NCBI GenBank assembly: GCA_965279035.1
Contig: OZ257142.1
Span: 224,001-288,000 of the forward strand
Length of the DNA: 64,000 bases
Direction of reading: 5' to 3'
From: Bacteroidia bacterium
GTDB lineage: Bacteria > Bacteroidota > Bacteroidia > M30B66
In this document: positions 31,417-41,830 of the stretch, piece by piece
How positions within the stretch are numbered: the stretch's first letter is position 1
Layout: each line of letters starts with the position of its first letter
The notes under the pieces: model-generated
Databases searched by the model: none
What the model saw: the letters and a program-made list of their open reading frames with translations, nothing else
What the model was told of the DNA's origin: nothing
Translations under genes and position numbers: made by a program

Positions 31417-32268
31417 GTGAAGAAACTCATCCTACCAGCAATCTGGCTCCTTTTAAGTATTTTAACGATAAACAGTTATTCCTGCAAATCCAAAAAAGAA
31501 GCAGTCAATTCGCCTAAACCGGAGATTATACAAACACCTCCAAATTCAGGTTTACTAAATTCAATTCCAGATAGTCTTTCTAATGCCATTTATGCGGCTG
31601 ATGTTCCGATTAAATGGTTTAGTGCTAAGGTTTCGGCCAATACCGATATCGACAAACAAACCAATTCTTTTTCTGCAAACCTGCGTTTGAAAAGAGATAG
31701 TGCCATTTGGATGTCGATTTCGCCTGCACTTGGAATTGAAGTCGCAAGAGCACTTATTACTCCCGATTCGCTTAAATTCATCAATCGTTTAAACGGTACT
31801 TATTTCAAAGGCAATTATCAATACTTAAATAAATTGCTTCAGATTGAGGTGAATTTCAAGATGGTACAAGCCATTTTATTGGGAAATGCCTATCTACATT
31901 ATACTGTTGAAAATTATGTGAGCGACAGTGAAAATGGTGACTTGGTTCTGAGCACCTTGAAGAAGCGTAAAATTCGACGTGAAAACGAGCTTGATATACC
32001 ACAAATTCTCACACAAGAAATTTGGTTTTCGCCTTTAAAACAGAAGATTGTGCGTATGGAAATGCAGGACTATCGACCCATTCGGAAGTTTACTGTTGAT
32101 TATCCCGAGTTTGAGTTGGTGGAAGAATATCGATTGCCTAAAAAACTATCGGTTCTTGCTCAAGCCGATAAACATGTTAAGATAGAACTGGAATATTCCA
32201 GAATGACCGTCAACAAGGAATTGAATTTACCATTCAACATTCCTGACAATTATGAGCCGAGCCATTAA
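31417..32268 (+). CDS. DUF4292-family lipoprotein
   Basis: RDSAIWMSI...GIEVARALITPDS...QAILLG...PFNIPDNY. Lies between the TPR and M23 genes. Confidence 0.85.
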   Translation: MKKLILPAIWLLLSILTINSYSCKSKKEAVNSPKPEIIQTPPNSGLLNSIPDSLSNAIYAADVPIKWFSAKVSANTDIDKQTNSFSANLRLKRDSAIWMSISPALGIEVARALITPDSLKFINRLNGTYFKGNYQYLNKLLQIEVNFKMVQAILLGNAYLHYTVENYVSDSENGDLVLSTLKKRKIRRENELDIPQILTQEIWFSPLKQKIVRMEMQDYRPIRKFTVDYPEFELVEEYRLPKKLSVLAQADKHVKIELEYSRMTVNKELNLPFNIPDNYEPSH

Positions 32269-33535
32269 AACCATTTTCCTTTTTTTTCTGCTGTTCATTC
32301 AGGGACTTAATGTATTCGCGCAAGCGAGCAGAACCGATCTTGAGCGCAAGAAAAAAGCACTTCAAAAGGAAATTGAGATAACAAACAAACTCATCAACGA
32401 AACCAAGAAGAACAAGAAGCTAAGCTTAGGTCAACTGCAAATTTTAAATAAAAAATTAGATGATCGGAAACGACTCATCAATGCTATTCAGCAGGAAGTA
32501 AGCATGTTGAATTCGACTATTAGTACCAACGGAGAAAAAATTAAAGAGCTCCAAATTGAATTAGATCGATTGAAGCTTTCGTATGCTAAATTAATCCGCC
32601 AGGCTTACCTCACCCGTAATCAACAATCGTCGTTGATGCTTCTATTTTCTGCCCAAGATTTTCAACAGGCATACAAACGCCTTTATTATTTAAGAAAATA
32701 CAATAGCTACCGACGCGAGCAAGCTCTTTTGATTCAAACTTCCCAAGATGAATTGAATGGACGTGTGAAGCAAATGCGCACGGACCTTTCTTCAAAACGC
32801 GATTTATTAGGAACTGAGGAACGCGAGAAAAAAGTGTTGAGTGAAGAGAAGAAAGAACAAGAGCAAACCTTGACAGCACTTCAGAAGAAAGAAAAATCGC
32901 TCAAGAAGGAATTGGAGAAAAAGCGGTCGGATGCAAAGAAATTGGATAGCGAAATTCAACGTGTTATTGAGCGTGAGATTAATAAAGAACGGAATAAGGC
33001 CATTGCTAAATCTAAATCGGAAGCCGAGGCCGCGCGTAAAAAAGCAGAAGCTGCTGGTAAGCCCGTTCCGGTACCTGAAAAAGAACCCGAAATACGCGTT
33101 ACCTCCGAAACGAAAGCAGTATCTGGAAAATTCGAATCCAATAAAGGCCGTTTACCTTGGCCTGTTGAACGAGGAGTTATTACAGAATCTTTCGGTACAC
33201 ATGCTCATCCCGTTTTAAAAGGAATTACGACCAATAACAACGGAATTAATATTTCAACCACATCGGGAGCTGCAGTAAAAGCAATTTACGAAGGTGTTGT
33301 AACGGGTGTAATCAATATTCCAGGAGCCAATATGGCCATCATCCTTAAACATGGTGAATACCTAACAGTATACAGCAATTTGGCTTCAGCATCCGTTTCA
33401 CAAGGACAAAAAGTAAATACAGGACAAGCCATAGGTATTGCCGACAAAGATGATTCAGGTGGAAAATCTGAAGCGCATCTCGAAATTTGGAAGGGAAAAG
33501 TCAAGCTAAATCCAGCCGATTGGATAGCGAGATAA
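32252..33535 (+). CDS. EnvC-like murein hydrolase activator (coiled coil + degenerate M23)
   Basis: Long coiled coil, then LPWPV..G...NNGINI...HGEYLTVYSNL...HLEIW. Confidence 0.88.
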   Translation: MSRAIKTIFLFFLLFIQGLNVFAQASRTDLERKKKALQKEIEITNKLINETKKNKKLSLGQLQILNKKLDDRKRLINAIQQEVSMLNSTISTNGEKIKELQIELDRLKLSYAKLIRQAYLTRNQQSSLMLLFSAQDFQQAYKRLYYLRKYNSYRREQALLIQTSQDELNGRVKQMRTDLSSKRDLLGTEEREKKVLSEEKKEQEQTLTALQKKEKSLKKELEKKRSDAKKLDSEIQRVIEREINKERNKAIAKSKSEAEAARKKAEAAGKPVPVPEKEPEIRVTSETKAVSGKFESNKGRLPWPVERGVITESFGTHAHPVLKGITTNNNGINISTTSGAAVKAIYEGVVTGVINIPGANMAIILKHGEYLTVYSNLASASVSQGQKVNTGQAIGIADKDDSGGKSEAHLEIWKGKVKLNPADWIAR

Positions 33536-34246
33536 TCAATATATAAACTCGCGTTTGAACCAATAGGAATAGCGAGGTAAATAATAGGTGATGCTAATTC
33601 CTAAGTATGTTCCTTTAAAATTTACCGATTGAAGAGGAAAGCGATTACTGGTTAAGGAACCATCATATACATTGCTTGTGCTGTATTTAAACGTTGCACC
33701 GAAGTACATGGCAGCATCATTTTTAAAAATGGAGCCTACTTCAAAACCAGCCATAAAAACAGGATATGCTTTGGTATTAACGACTGCCGAAGTTTTGTAT
33801 GTAATAAAACTGGAGCTGTCACCCGAAAGTTTTACACGTTGTGCTGTACTCAAATTGAATTGCATTCCCACACCTAAAAACTCACGGTGTTTCAAAGAGC
33901 CAATATAGCCACACGTTCCTACCATGATTGGAACTTCAACATTATGAGCTCTAAAACGCGCATCCATTCCTACAGCGGGAGTTCCAGTTTGTTTTAACCC
34001 AAACGACTGTATGGAATAATTCACCGAAATGCCAGCATAAAAATGCTCCCCTAAGTCTAAGGAATTTGTTATTCCTCCTTGAAATCCTGCGCGACTAACC
34101 GTAAAAAAATTGGGACTAATCGAATTGTTTCCCGAAGTCCATGCAACCGTTGGACCTGCAGAAAAACCTAAACGCATCTTAGGAGCTTGTGCAAAAGAGT
34201 TCAGAGCAAGAAAGCAGAAGAGCAAGGGGGAAAAAAGTCGGCGCAT
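33536..34246 (-). CDS. Small outer-membrane beta-barrel protein (PorT-like)
   Basis: Signal peptide MRRLFSPLL...AQ (start reassigned to 34246), alternating amphipathic strands and EVPIM motif. Confidence 0.6.
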   Translation of the reverse strand: MRRLFSPLLFCFLALNSFAQAPKMRLGFSAGPTVAWTSGNNSISPNFFTVSRAGFQGGITNSLDLGEHFYAGISVNYSIQSFGLKQTGTPAVGMDARFRAHNVEVPIMVGTCGYIGSLKHREFLGVGMQFNLSTAQRVKLSGDSSSFITYKTSAVVNTKAYPVFMAGFEVGSIFKNDAAMYFGATFKYSTSNVYDGSLTSNRFPLQSVNFKGTYLGISITYYLPRYSYWFKREFIY

Positions 34247-34344
34247 AGATTTTTCAGCAAAGAAACAAAAAATCAAACCATGGGATTGAATGCAAATATC
34301 CTTCTATATCATAAAATCGTGTACCTTCAACCTTCTTTAGGCGG

Positions 34345-35718
34345 ATGAAGATGATGAATTCTATGACAGAGGCAACAGAAAGCCGATTTAGCAGATGGAC
34401 TTCCGTGCTTTTTCAACCCGTTGCACTTGATCCTTTAATTGCATTTCGTGTTTCATTCGGACTTGCCATGGCGCTTTGGTCCTTGTACATGATATTTAGC
34501 GGGAACGTTCGGACCTTTTTTATTGAGCCAAACTACTTTTTTACCTATCCCGGATTGGAGTGGATAAAACCATTGCCTGCATTAGGCATGTATGCAGTGT
34601 TTCTGATTCTTTTTGCTTCGGCAATTATGTTGGGTGCTGGATTCTTTTTCCGAATAAGCACACTCGTTTTCACCCTTGCTTTTGCCTACATCTCGCTCAT
34701 CGACCAGTCGAATTATTTGAGCTATTATTATTACGTGCTCTTGCTTTCTATCATGTTAAGCATTTCACCAGCACATCGTTTATTTTCCATCGACCTCATA
34801 CGAAAGCCTGCACTTAGAGTCGATTTCATTCCACGTTGGAGTATCCTTGCACTTCAAATTCAAGTGGCGCTTGTGTTTATTTTCGCTGGCATGGCAAAAC
34901 TCAATGCCGACTGGCTTTTTCAAGGCCGACCAATGAATATCTGGCTAGAGAATCTTTCCCTTAAATCTGGAATCGCATTCCCCGATTGGATGCTTTCAGG
35001 AACATTTCCAGTTGCGCTTTCTTGGTTTCTTATTCTGTTCGATTTTATCATTCCACACTTTTTGCTCGATAAATCTACCAGCGTTGGCGCTTTCCGCATG
35101 GTGATCTTGATTCAAATTTCAGCGCTCATACTTTTTCCAGCAGGATTTTTTCCCATTTTAACAATCTTGTCCTGTACTGTATTTCTGCCAGCCGAACGCA
35201 TTCATCGTCTCGTTTCTGGAATTTCCTATTTGCTTTACGATCTCTTTCATTTTCGTGGCGAAGTCTTTCAGCCAGGCGGTTCCTATATGCTTCAATACCG
35301 TAAAAAGAGACTTTTCCCAGCCATACTACTTTGCTTTTTAAGTGCCCAAATTCTGATGCCCGTTACACTTTTTCTCTATTGGGGAAATGGCCGTTGGACC
35401 GATGCTGCTTTTCATTTTAGCTGGGACCTTCGACTTCACGAGAAAGAAGCAAAAGTTCAAATCTGGCGCACCAATCCTAATTCGGGGCAGGAAGAAGAAG
35501 TCAATATAAACCAATACCTCAGCCCACATCAGCAACGCAGAATGGCCGAAAGTCCGGATATGATTCGTCAGTTTATTCATCATTTGCGACACGATGGTAT
35601 AGATACATCGGCTAGAGATTTTGAGCAAGTACGAGCTTTGTCAACCATTTCACTCAATGGCGGAGCACCTCAACCGCTCATTGATCCCAGTACCGAATTC
35701 CCGAAAGAAGAAAACTAA
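34345..35718 (+). CDS. HTTM-domain (vitamin K-dependent gamma-carboxylase-like) membrane protein
   Basis: FRVSFG, YPGLEWIKP, LIDQSNYL, FAGMAKLNADWL and FSW motifs. Confidence 0.85.
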   Translation: MKMMNSMTEATESRFSRWTSVLFQPVALDPLIAFRVSFGLAMALWSLYMIFSGNVRTFFIEPNYFFTYPGLEWIKPLPALGMYAVFLILFASAIMLGAGFFFRISTLVFTLAFAYISLIDQSNYLSYYYYVLLLSIMLSISPAHRLFSIDLIRKPALRVDFIPRWSILALQIQVALVFIFAGMAKLNADWLFQGRPMNIWLENLSLKSGIAFPDWMLSGTFPVALSWFLILFDFIIPHFLLDKSTSVGAFRMVILIQISALILFPAGFFPILTILSCTVFLPAERIHRLVSGISYLLYDLFHFRGEVFQPGGSYMLQYRKKRLFPAILLCFLSAQILMPVTLFLYWGNGRWTDAAFHFSWDLRLHEKEAKVQIWRTNPNSGQEEEVNINQYLSPHQQRRMAESPDMIRQFIHHLRHDGIDTSARDFEQVRALSTISLNGGAPQPLIDPSTEFPKEEN

Positions 35719-35733
35719 GTTCGATATTGCCTC

Positions 35734-36678
35734 ATGTTTTCAATTCTTAGGTCAGCAAGACTCACGAGCTTTATCCTCATCCTATTTTCCTGTAGTTCCC
35801 AAACCGATCATTGGCAATTGGCTCAAAAAGAATGGGAACAAAACGACTTTCTAGGCGCCATTATCGAACTCAATACCTGCATCGATCGTGATATTCAAAG
35901 CGACAGCATTTACCTTATGCGGGCTCGCTGTTTTCAAAAAATCCAAAACGATTCTCAGGCGTTTATCGATTTCAAACAAGCCCTTGTATTAAATCCCCGA
36001 TGTGATGCAGCACGGCTCGAATTGGCTCGTTTACAGATTTTATATCACGATACAAGTTCTGCTGGAATTTCACTTCGAATCCTCATTCAAAATAAAACGG
36101 GCCGCCTTTGCTCCGATGCTTGGATCGAAACTGGACGCATGCAGTATTTCTCCGATCAGTTTCCCACGGCCATTTATTCCCTGAATCAAGCTGTGCAAGC
36201 CGATTCTAACAATCACATGGCTTGGTATTATCGCGGTCTTTTATTTTCCCGCTTTTTTACTCCTGAAGGCGAAACAGGTATTGCTAATTATCCTTTCCTC
36301 AATTTCCCGGCTGCTATCAGCGACTTTGGACAATGCATTCGTTTAAAACCCAACTTCGCTGATGCTTGGTATCAGCGAGCTGTCGTGTATTTCAACCAAT
36401 TCGATGAGCTACACGGAATGCCGGATATCAATCAAGCCATTCGTCTCGAGCCCAAGTATTCGTATTATTATTCTGCTCGTGCCCACCAACACAATGTTTC
36501 GGGCCGTTTGCAGGAGGCGCTAACCGATTACAATAAGGCAGTTTCACTCAATGCACTCGATCCTGAGGCACTTTTAGGTCGTGCTGAAGTATGGGATAAA
36601 CTTGGTCAAAAAACCAATGCCGAAAAAGACCGACATACAGCTGCTATCATCGCATTAAGTTCCGAGAATCATCATTAG
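35734..36678 (+). CDS. TPR-repeat lipoprotein
   Basis: LFSC lipobox and repeated A.Y.RG/A..DF..AI.L.P TPR units. Confidence 0.85.
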   Translation: MFSILRSARLTSFILILFSCSSQTDHWQLAQKEWEQNDFLGAIIELNTCIDRDIQSDSIYLMRARCFQKIQNDSQAFIDFKQALVLNPRCDAARLELARLQILYHDTSSAGISLRILIQNKTGRLCSDAWIETGRMQYFSDQFPTAIYSLNQAVQADSNNHMAWYYRGLLFSRFFTPEGETGIANYPFLNFPAAISDFGQCIRLKPNFADAWYQRAVVYFNQFDELHGMPDINQAIRLEPKYSYYYSARAHQHNVSGRLQEALTDYNKAVSLNALDPEALLGRAEVWDKLGQKTNAEKDRHTAAIIALSSENHH

Positions 36679-36742
36679 GGTGGTGCCCAGGCTTTCGCTA
36701 CGTGCCCTACTTCGGACGGGCTCTTTGCTCAATCCTTACCAC
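36679..36742 (+). ncRNA. Flavo-1-like structured repeat RNA motif (divergent)
   Basis: GTGGT...ACCAC closing stem, two related internal segments (GGCTTTCGCTA and GGGCTCTTTGCTC) and an inner GCCC...GGGC stem. Resembles the Flavo-1 motif from memory only. Confidence 0.45.
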
Positions 36743-36816
36743 TTCTTCTAAGCTCAAGCAGGAAGGCAGAAAAACAACATTCTAATAATTCTTCTCCTTT
36801 CAAGTTAACACCAAAG

Positions 36817-36852
36817 AAAAAGCGCCTGTTTATACTAAACAGACGCTTTTTT
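36817..36852. terminator. Bidirectional intrinsic terminator
   Basis: AAAAAGCGCCTGTTTA-TAC-TAAACAGACGCTTTTTT hairpin with A/T tails between convergent genes. Confidence 0.85.
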
Positions 36853-36874
36853 AAAAATGATTAATTCCTAAATC

Positions 36875-39145
36875 CTATTTCTTACGAATAGGATCAACAT
36901 TTTTCAAAGGTTGAAGTTTCGGAGTTGATTCAAAACGAAGGTCTTCATAACGAGCAACACGGCTTCCTTCTTTTTTATCAGAGCGGTTTGCCACAATGTG
37001 CCACTGGAAAACAGTAGAAGAACTTCCTCCTGCCAATTCAACTACATCAAAACCGTTCACCGTTTTGTTTGTAATGTATACACCTTTACAATCACCTTCT
37101 ACCTGAATATAAACACGTAAAGGATGTTTTTCATTCACCGTAATGTTCATTGCAAATGTTGGGTCAATTGTAATATGTGCTTTTCCGTTAACAAGTTGAC
37201 CTGTTCCAAAATCTTCGAATAATACTTCGGGAGCTTCTGGTGCATGCATAACAACAGCTTTGTCATTTACATCTTTTACTATGGTCGAAACAGTACCACC
37301 ACCTAAAATCTTGTAGTGAACATCAGCTGCTGTCCAGCAATTAATTACACCTGTTCCGGCATTGGTTGCATCTCCATCATTCGTGTAAATCGCAGCTTGG
37401 TCAACACCTGGAGCGAAGTTTAAATTTCTAGCATAAAGCCCGAAGTTAAATCCATTAAATGCTCCTCCTTGACCATCAGCTAATACTGTTCCTGACGTAA
37501 AAGCAATATTATTTCCAATACCGAAAACTCCGGTTCCTGTTGCAGAAGAACTTTCTCCACCAATACCAGTTTCTCCAATTCCACCAACCCCAACACCAGC
37601 ACCAGTCCTTAAGTTATTTCCATAAACACCCGCATACGCCGTACCCGATGCATTTATTTGACCTGTAACACCAGATGCCGCCGAAGTCGATAAACCAAGA
37701 ATTGCTGAATTGGCAACGGTTGTACTATTGGTTGTTCCTTGAATAGCGGCGAATGTATTTGCAGCATTTGTCGATGCACCTTGAATAGCATTTCCAGTTC
37801 CCGAAAGTACAACAGCCAAACCTGATGTTGAAGTTCCACTTTCGTTTATTTGTAAACCAATACCAGTTAACCCAGTACCAGAAGCATTAATTGTAACAGG
37901 ACCAGAATCAGCAGTAATCGTTTTTCCAGCACCAGGTCCACCAAAATCATACGATTGATCTAAGGTTCCACCAGCACCAGCAGGACCTTGAGGACCAGCA
38001 GGGCCCGTTGCTCCCGTTGCACCAGCAGGGCCAGCAGGACCTGTTGCACCAGTCAATCCAGTTGGGCCAGCAGGACCAGCAGGACCGGTTGCTCCAGCAG
38101 GACCAGTTGCTCCTGTTGCGCCAGTTAATCCGATTGGACCTTGAGGACCAGTAGCACCAGCAGGACCAGTTGCACCAGTTGCACCTGCAGGGCCAGCGGG
38201 ACCTGTTAATCCTGTTGCTCCTGTAGCACCATTTGCACCTTGTGGTCCAGCAGGACCAGTAGCTCCAGTTGCTCCAGCAGGACCTTGTGGGCCAGCAACT
38301 CCAGCAATGCCTTGTGGACCTTGAGGGCCAGTTGCACCGGCAGGACCGGTTGCCCCATCTTGTCCATCAGCTCCGGCAGGGCCAGCTGCGCCAGTTGGAC
38401 CAGCAGGACCTTGAGCACCACGGCAATCCAATGCATTCCAGAATCCATCGTTATTCACGTCTTCTGAAGGATCTTGAACGGCATCACCATCTGTATCCCA
38501 GCAATTTAAGCCGCTACCAGGACCAGCAGGACCTTGAATACCTTGCGGACCAGCAGGGCCAGCAGGACCCGTTGCTCCAGCAGGACCAGTAGCACCATTT
38601 TGTCCGTTTGCTCCCGCAGGGCCAGCAGGACCAGTTGGACCAGCAGGACCAGTTGCTCCATCTTGTCCATCAGCACCAGCAGGGCCGGCAGGGCCTTGAG
38701 GGCCAGGAGTTCCGCCGTTTCCAGCTGACTCCGAATAGAGTGCATAAGGAACAGAAAGCAGTTCGTTTGTACCTATTGTAGTATAATTTGTTCCTCCAGC
38801 AGGATCAACTTCAATTTTTACATATTGATTTGCCGTGTTCCAAGTAATGTCTTCAAAAGTTCCAGATATAGGAGTTCCAGCACCAATTTTTAAGGTAAAA
38901 AGTCCAAAAGCATTGGTAGTAGCCGTATGCTTTTCTGAATATTGAACCGGACCAGTTGCCGAACCTTGTAAAACCGAAATTTTTACACTTATCGATTGGT
39001 TTACGAATACACTTCCAGCAGCATTTCGTGCAATTGCTTGGTAATTAATTCCATTGGGCACGGTTGCCTGTGCATGCAAAGAACCCGATAAGAGCAGAAG
39101 CCCTAATGCAGGTGTAAGTAAGAGAGAAAGGAAATTTCTTTTCAT
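36875..39145 (-). CDS. Secreted collagen-like fibre protein ([10 protein letters not shown]-type N-domain, G-X-Y repeats, Gly-rich beta region, tail-fibre-like C-domain)
   Basis: Signal peptide from ATG 39145, about 21 + 50 G-X-Y triplets, and C-terminal [20 protein letters not shown]...FQWHIVANR. Confidence 0.85.
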   Translation of the reverse strand: MKRNFLSLLLTPALGLLLLSGSLHAQATVPNGINYQAIARNAAGSVFVNQSISVKISVLQGSATGPVQYSEKHTATTNAFGLFTLKIGAGTPISGTFEDITWNTANQYVKIEVDPAGGTNYTTIGTNELLSVPYALYSESAGNGGTPGPQGPAGPAGADGQDGATGPAGPTGPAGPAGANGQNGATGPAGATGPAGPAGPQGIQGPAGPGSGLNCWDTDGDAVQDPSEDVNNDGFWNALDCRGAQGPAGPTGAAGPAGADGQDGATGPAGATGPQGPQGIAGVAGPQGPAGATGATGPAGPQGANGATGATGLTGPAGPAGATGATGPAGATGPQGPIGLTGATGATGPAGATGPAGPAGPTGLTGATGPAGPAGATGATGPAGPQGPAGAGGTLDQSYDFGGPGAGKTITADSGPVTINASGTGLTGIGLQINESGTSTSGLAVVLSGTGNAIQGASTNAANTFAAIQGTTNSTTVANSAILGLSTSAASGVTGQINASGTAYAGVYGNNLRTGAGVGVGGIGETGIGGESSSATGTGVFGIGNNIAFTSGTVLADGQGGAFNGFNFGLYARNLNFAPGVDQAAIYTNDGDATNAGTGVINCWTAADVHYKILGGGTVSTIVKDVNDKAVVMHAPEAPEVLFEDFGTGQLVNGKAHITIDPTFAMNITVNEKHPLRVYIQVEGDCKGVYITNKTVNGFDVVELAGGSSSTVFQWHIVANRSDKKEGSRVARYEDLRFESTPKLQPLKNVDPIRKK
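37972..38713 (-). repeat. Collagen G-X-Y coding repeats (two blocks)
   Basis: 9-bp periodic DNA (e.g. caggaccag) encoding GPA/GAT/GPQ, interrupted once at ~38420-38520. Confidence 0.9.
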
Positions 39146-39164
39146 AGTTGTAGTGAAAATTGAT

Positions 39165-39677
39165 TCAAGAATGCATTTTAGTAATCCGGAAACTGCGTTG
39201 ATGTTTACCATCGGTACTTGTCATACGAAGTAAATATGCTCCAGCGGCTAAATCGGATGTTTCAACAGTGTAAGTCTTGGTTCCTGGAACCTGATTAAGT
39301 GTTTTGCTTGCAATCACTTTGCGACCTTCTGCGTCAAAAAGATCGAGGGTGAAATTAAGCAGCGATTCGGTGGAAAGTCTTAAAGTAAGCTGTTCATCTA
39401 AAGGATTTGGATAAACATCAGCTGTCCAACTCGCATCAATCGATTCCACTAAAGCAATCTGATACTTATCAGGCTGATGAAATCCTTGTGTCAAAGTTGT
39501 GCTACCGCCAGAGATTGTCGAAACGGCGGACATTTCACCAATTGTATACGACATCCCGAACTGGGCATTGCTGAAATTTCCACCCTGAGAAGAAAATACC
39601 TGAGGACTTAATTGGGTTTGACCCCAACTAATTACAGGTATTGCCCCCAGAGCAAAAAGTAAAAGGGTTTTTTTCAT
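39165..39677 (-). CDS. Small T9SS type A CTD protein co-transcribed with the collagen-like gene
   Basis: MKKTLLLF...; SSQGG...SYTIGE...LTQGFHQP followed by VYPNP...GAYLLR. Start reassigned to 39677. Confidence 0.85.
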   Translation of the reverse strand: MKKTLLLFALGAIPVISWGQTQLSPQVFSSQGGNFSNAQFGMSYTIGEMSAVSTISGGSTTLTQGFHQPDKYQIALVESIDASWTADVYPNPLDEQLTLRLSTESLLNFTLDLFDAEGRKVIASKTLNQVPGTKTYTVETSDLAAGAYLLRMTSTDGKHQRSFRITKMHS

Positions 39678-39789
39678 AAGCAATTGAAATAGGTTTAATG
39701 CTGCAAAGCGCAGAATAACAAATATAGTATTCATCCATTCTCCTAATCAGGTAAAACACATCCCCGTTAAAATGAATGAATAAGATATA

Positions 39790-41295
39790 TCAAAGCCTAT
39801 CCTGCATTAACTTTTCTGCTGCAATTAATCCACTTAATGCCACACCTGGAATTCCTTGGCCAGGATAAACGCTATCACCACACACGTACAAACCAGCCTC
39901 AACTCGAGCTTGAATCATCTGCCAAGGCTTAATCTTTTTAAACTGTGGATAGCCGCCTACAAAACCTCCTTTTCGCTTGGTCCATTCTTCCCAAGAAGCT
40001 GGTGTTGACGCGCTTATCCGAATAATATCACTCTCGTCAAAATACCCTTCCCGAATTAAAACTGCTTTTAAAACTAATTTGACACGTTCCAAGTCAATTA
40101 TGCTTTTCTGCCCCAATCGATAATGCATACTAACCGATAAAACGCCAATTCCTAAGTCTGTTCTCAAGCGATCATCGGAAGCATTCTTACTGATAAAAAT
40201 ACTTCCAGAACCTTCAAATCCGAGCGATTCACTAAGATGAATTTGTTGGTGTAAACACGACACTTGCTTGCGTTCGTGGTAAACAAAACTGAGTTGTATC
40301 GCACTATTCAAGGTTTGTATTGGCATTAATTTCCGGTTCAGTTTTCGAATCGAATTTTCATCCTGCAACAATTCCACAAGATTATTCACCGGTAATCCGG
40401 AAATTACTGCTCGGCTACAAATAATTCCTTTATCCGTGTGGATTTCCCATTGATTTTCCACACGTTTGATCGATGTAACAAGCGTTTTCAATAGCACGTC
40501 TCCCCGATTTTGTTCGATGAACTCAACAAACGGTGCAATCAAACGAATCATTCCACCAGGCACATAATAATTTCTAACGAGTGTATAACACAGTGATGCT
40601 GCACCAAATAAGGCATTCACTTCGTTTGAAGTATTTTGAGCAGTAATCATCAATTGCTCATTCACAAATTCCACAAATGCTTCATTCGAATCCAATCCGT
40701 ATTCAAGTAACAAATCGTGAATGGTCTTGAATGCATAGGGCAATGCGCTTAAATCCTTCATTCGCGCATTTTTAATACAATCAAAAATATCGTTGACGGA
40801 TGCAGGAGGAAAACTGAGTTGTCGGATTGAAATATCCCAAACCTGCTTGCTTAAATGAATACATGTTTCCCAGAATGCACGCTGACCTTGCGCTCCAAAA
40901 ACTCGTTCTGCTTCTGTAATCCATAATTCTGGATCATTAAACCGACGAACGATCGTCCCATCCTTCAACACCACTTGCATGGGTAATTCCAGTTTTTGAG
41001 CTTTGATCAAAATTCCTGTTTGTTGAATCACTTCCCAGAGCGGCATTCCTTCATCTAATCCAACCAAAGTTGTAGCACCTGTTTCGAAAATCACTCCGTT
41101 TCGGAAATAAGAACTAACACATCCGCCAGGTAAATAATTCTGTTCTAAAACAACTACCCGTTTTCCATGCTTAGCTAAAACAGCGGCTGCGCTCAAACTT
41201 CCTAATCCGGAGCCGAGTACAACTACATCAGCACAATTGGGCAATTCTGATTTCGTTGAAGTGCTAAATAAGTGAACAGGATTTAGAATTGGCAT
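39790..41295 (-). CDS. Phytoene-desaturase-family FAD oxidoreductase (CrtD/CrtH-like)
   Basis: GSGLGSL..A...LEQNYLPGGC...FETGATTLVG and C-terminal GDSVYPGQGIPGVALSG. Confidence 0.82.
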   Translation of the reverse strand: MPILNPVHLFSTSTKSELPNCADVVVLGSGLGSLSAAAVLAKHGKRVVVLEQNYLPGGCVSSYFRNGVIFETGATTLVGLDEGMPLWEVIQQTGILIKAQKLELPMQVVLKDGTIVRRFNDPELWITEAERVFGAQGQRAFWETCIHLSKQVWDISIRQLSFPPASVNDIFDCIKNARMKDLSALPYAFKTIHDLLLEYGLDSNEAFVEFVNEQLMITAQNTSNEVNALFGAASLCYTLVRNYYVPGGMIRLIAPFVEFIEQNRGDVLLKTLVTSIKRVENQWEIHTDKGIICSRAVISGLPVNNLVELLQDENSIRKLNRKLMPIQTLNSAIQLSFVYHERKQVSCLHQQIHLSESLGFEGSGSIFISKNASDDRLRTDLGIGVLSVSMHYRLGQKSIIDLERVKLVLKAVLIREGYFDESDIIRISASTPASWEEWTKRKGGFVGGYPQFKKIKPWQMIQARVEAGLYVCGDSVYPGQGIPGVALSGLIAAEKLMQDRL

Positions 41296-41419
41296 GTGCC
41301 ACCAACAAGCTAGTAGTAAAAAGGTTGCGATTTCTTGTATCTTTCAAAACGCTTCGGATTCGATGTAAAAATCTTTCGGATTGAACAAAATAAACAAACC
41401 TCCGTTTCCTTCCCTACCT

Positions 41420-41830
41420 ATGAATGTTACCGTAATTCGCAAAGAACATTTCAATGCTGCACACCGACTTCATAATCCCAATTGGGATGACGAAACCAAC
41501 AAACGGATTTTCGGCAAGTGCAACAACCCCAATTATCACGGTCATAATTATGAACTTGATGTTCATGTGACAGGTGAAATTGATTCCGATACAGGGTATG
41601 TTATCGATATGAAGATTTTGAGTGACATTATCCATGAAGAAGTGACCGAGCGCTATGATCACCGTAACCTCAACTTGGACATACCCGAATTTGCAACCTT
41701 AAACCCAACCGCCGAAAATATAGTAGTCATAATCTGGAACCGAATACGAGAACGATTGAACGACCGCTATGCACTAAAAGTCAGACTTTATGAAACAGAA
41801 CGAAACTTTGTTGAATACAACGGAGCCTGA
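41420..41830 (+). CDS. 6-pyruvoyl-tetrahydropterin synthase family protein with PTPS-II-type motif (Cx5HGH)
   Basis: FNAAHRL...FGKCNNPNYHGHNY...DHRNLN..PTAEN..YET. Start at ATG 41420. Confidence 0.88.
   Translation: MNVTVIRKEHFNAAHRLHNPNWDDETNKRIFGKCNNPNYHGHNYELDVHVTGEIDSDTGYVIDMKILSDIIHEEVTERYDHRNLNLDIPEFATLNPTAENIVVIIWNRIRERLNDRYALKVRLYETERNFVEYNGA

Noticed and set aside
26697-33535. Flippase-dut-nucleotidyltransferase-TPR-DUF4292-EnvC cluster as a new system
   Set aside because: A conserved housekeeping gene order in Bacteroidota.
38206-38745. Repetitive alternative-frame ORFs (Gln/Asp-, Ser/Arg- and Leu/Val-rich)
   Set aside because: Off-frame readings of the collagen repeats.
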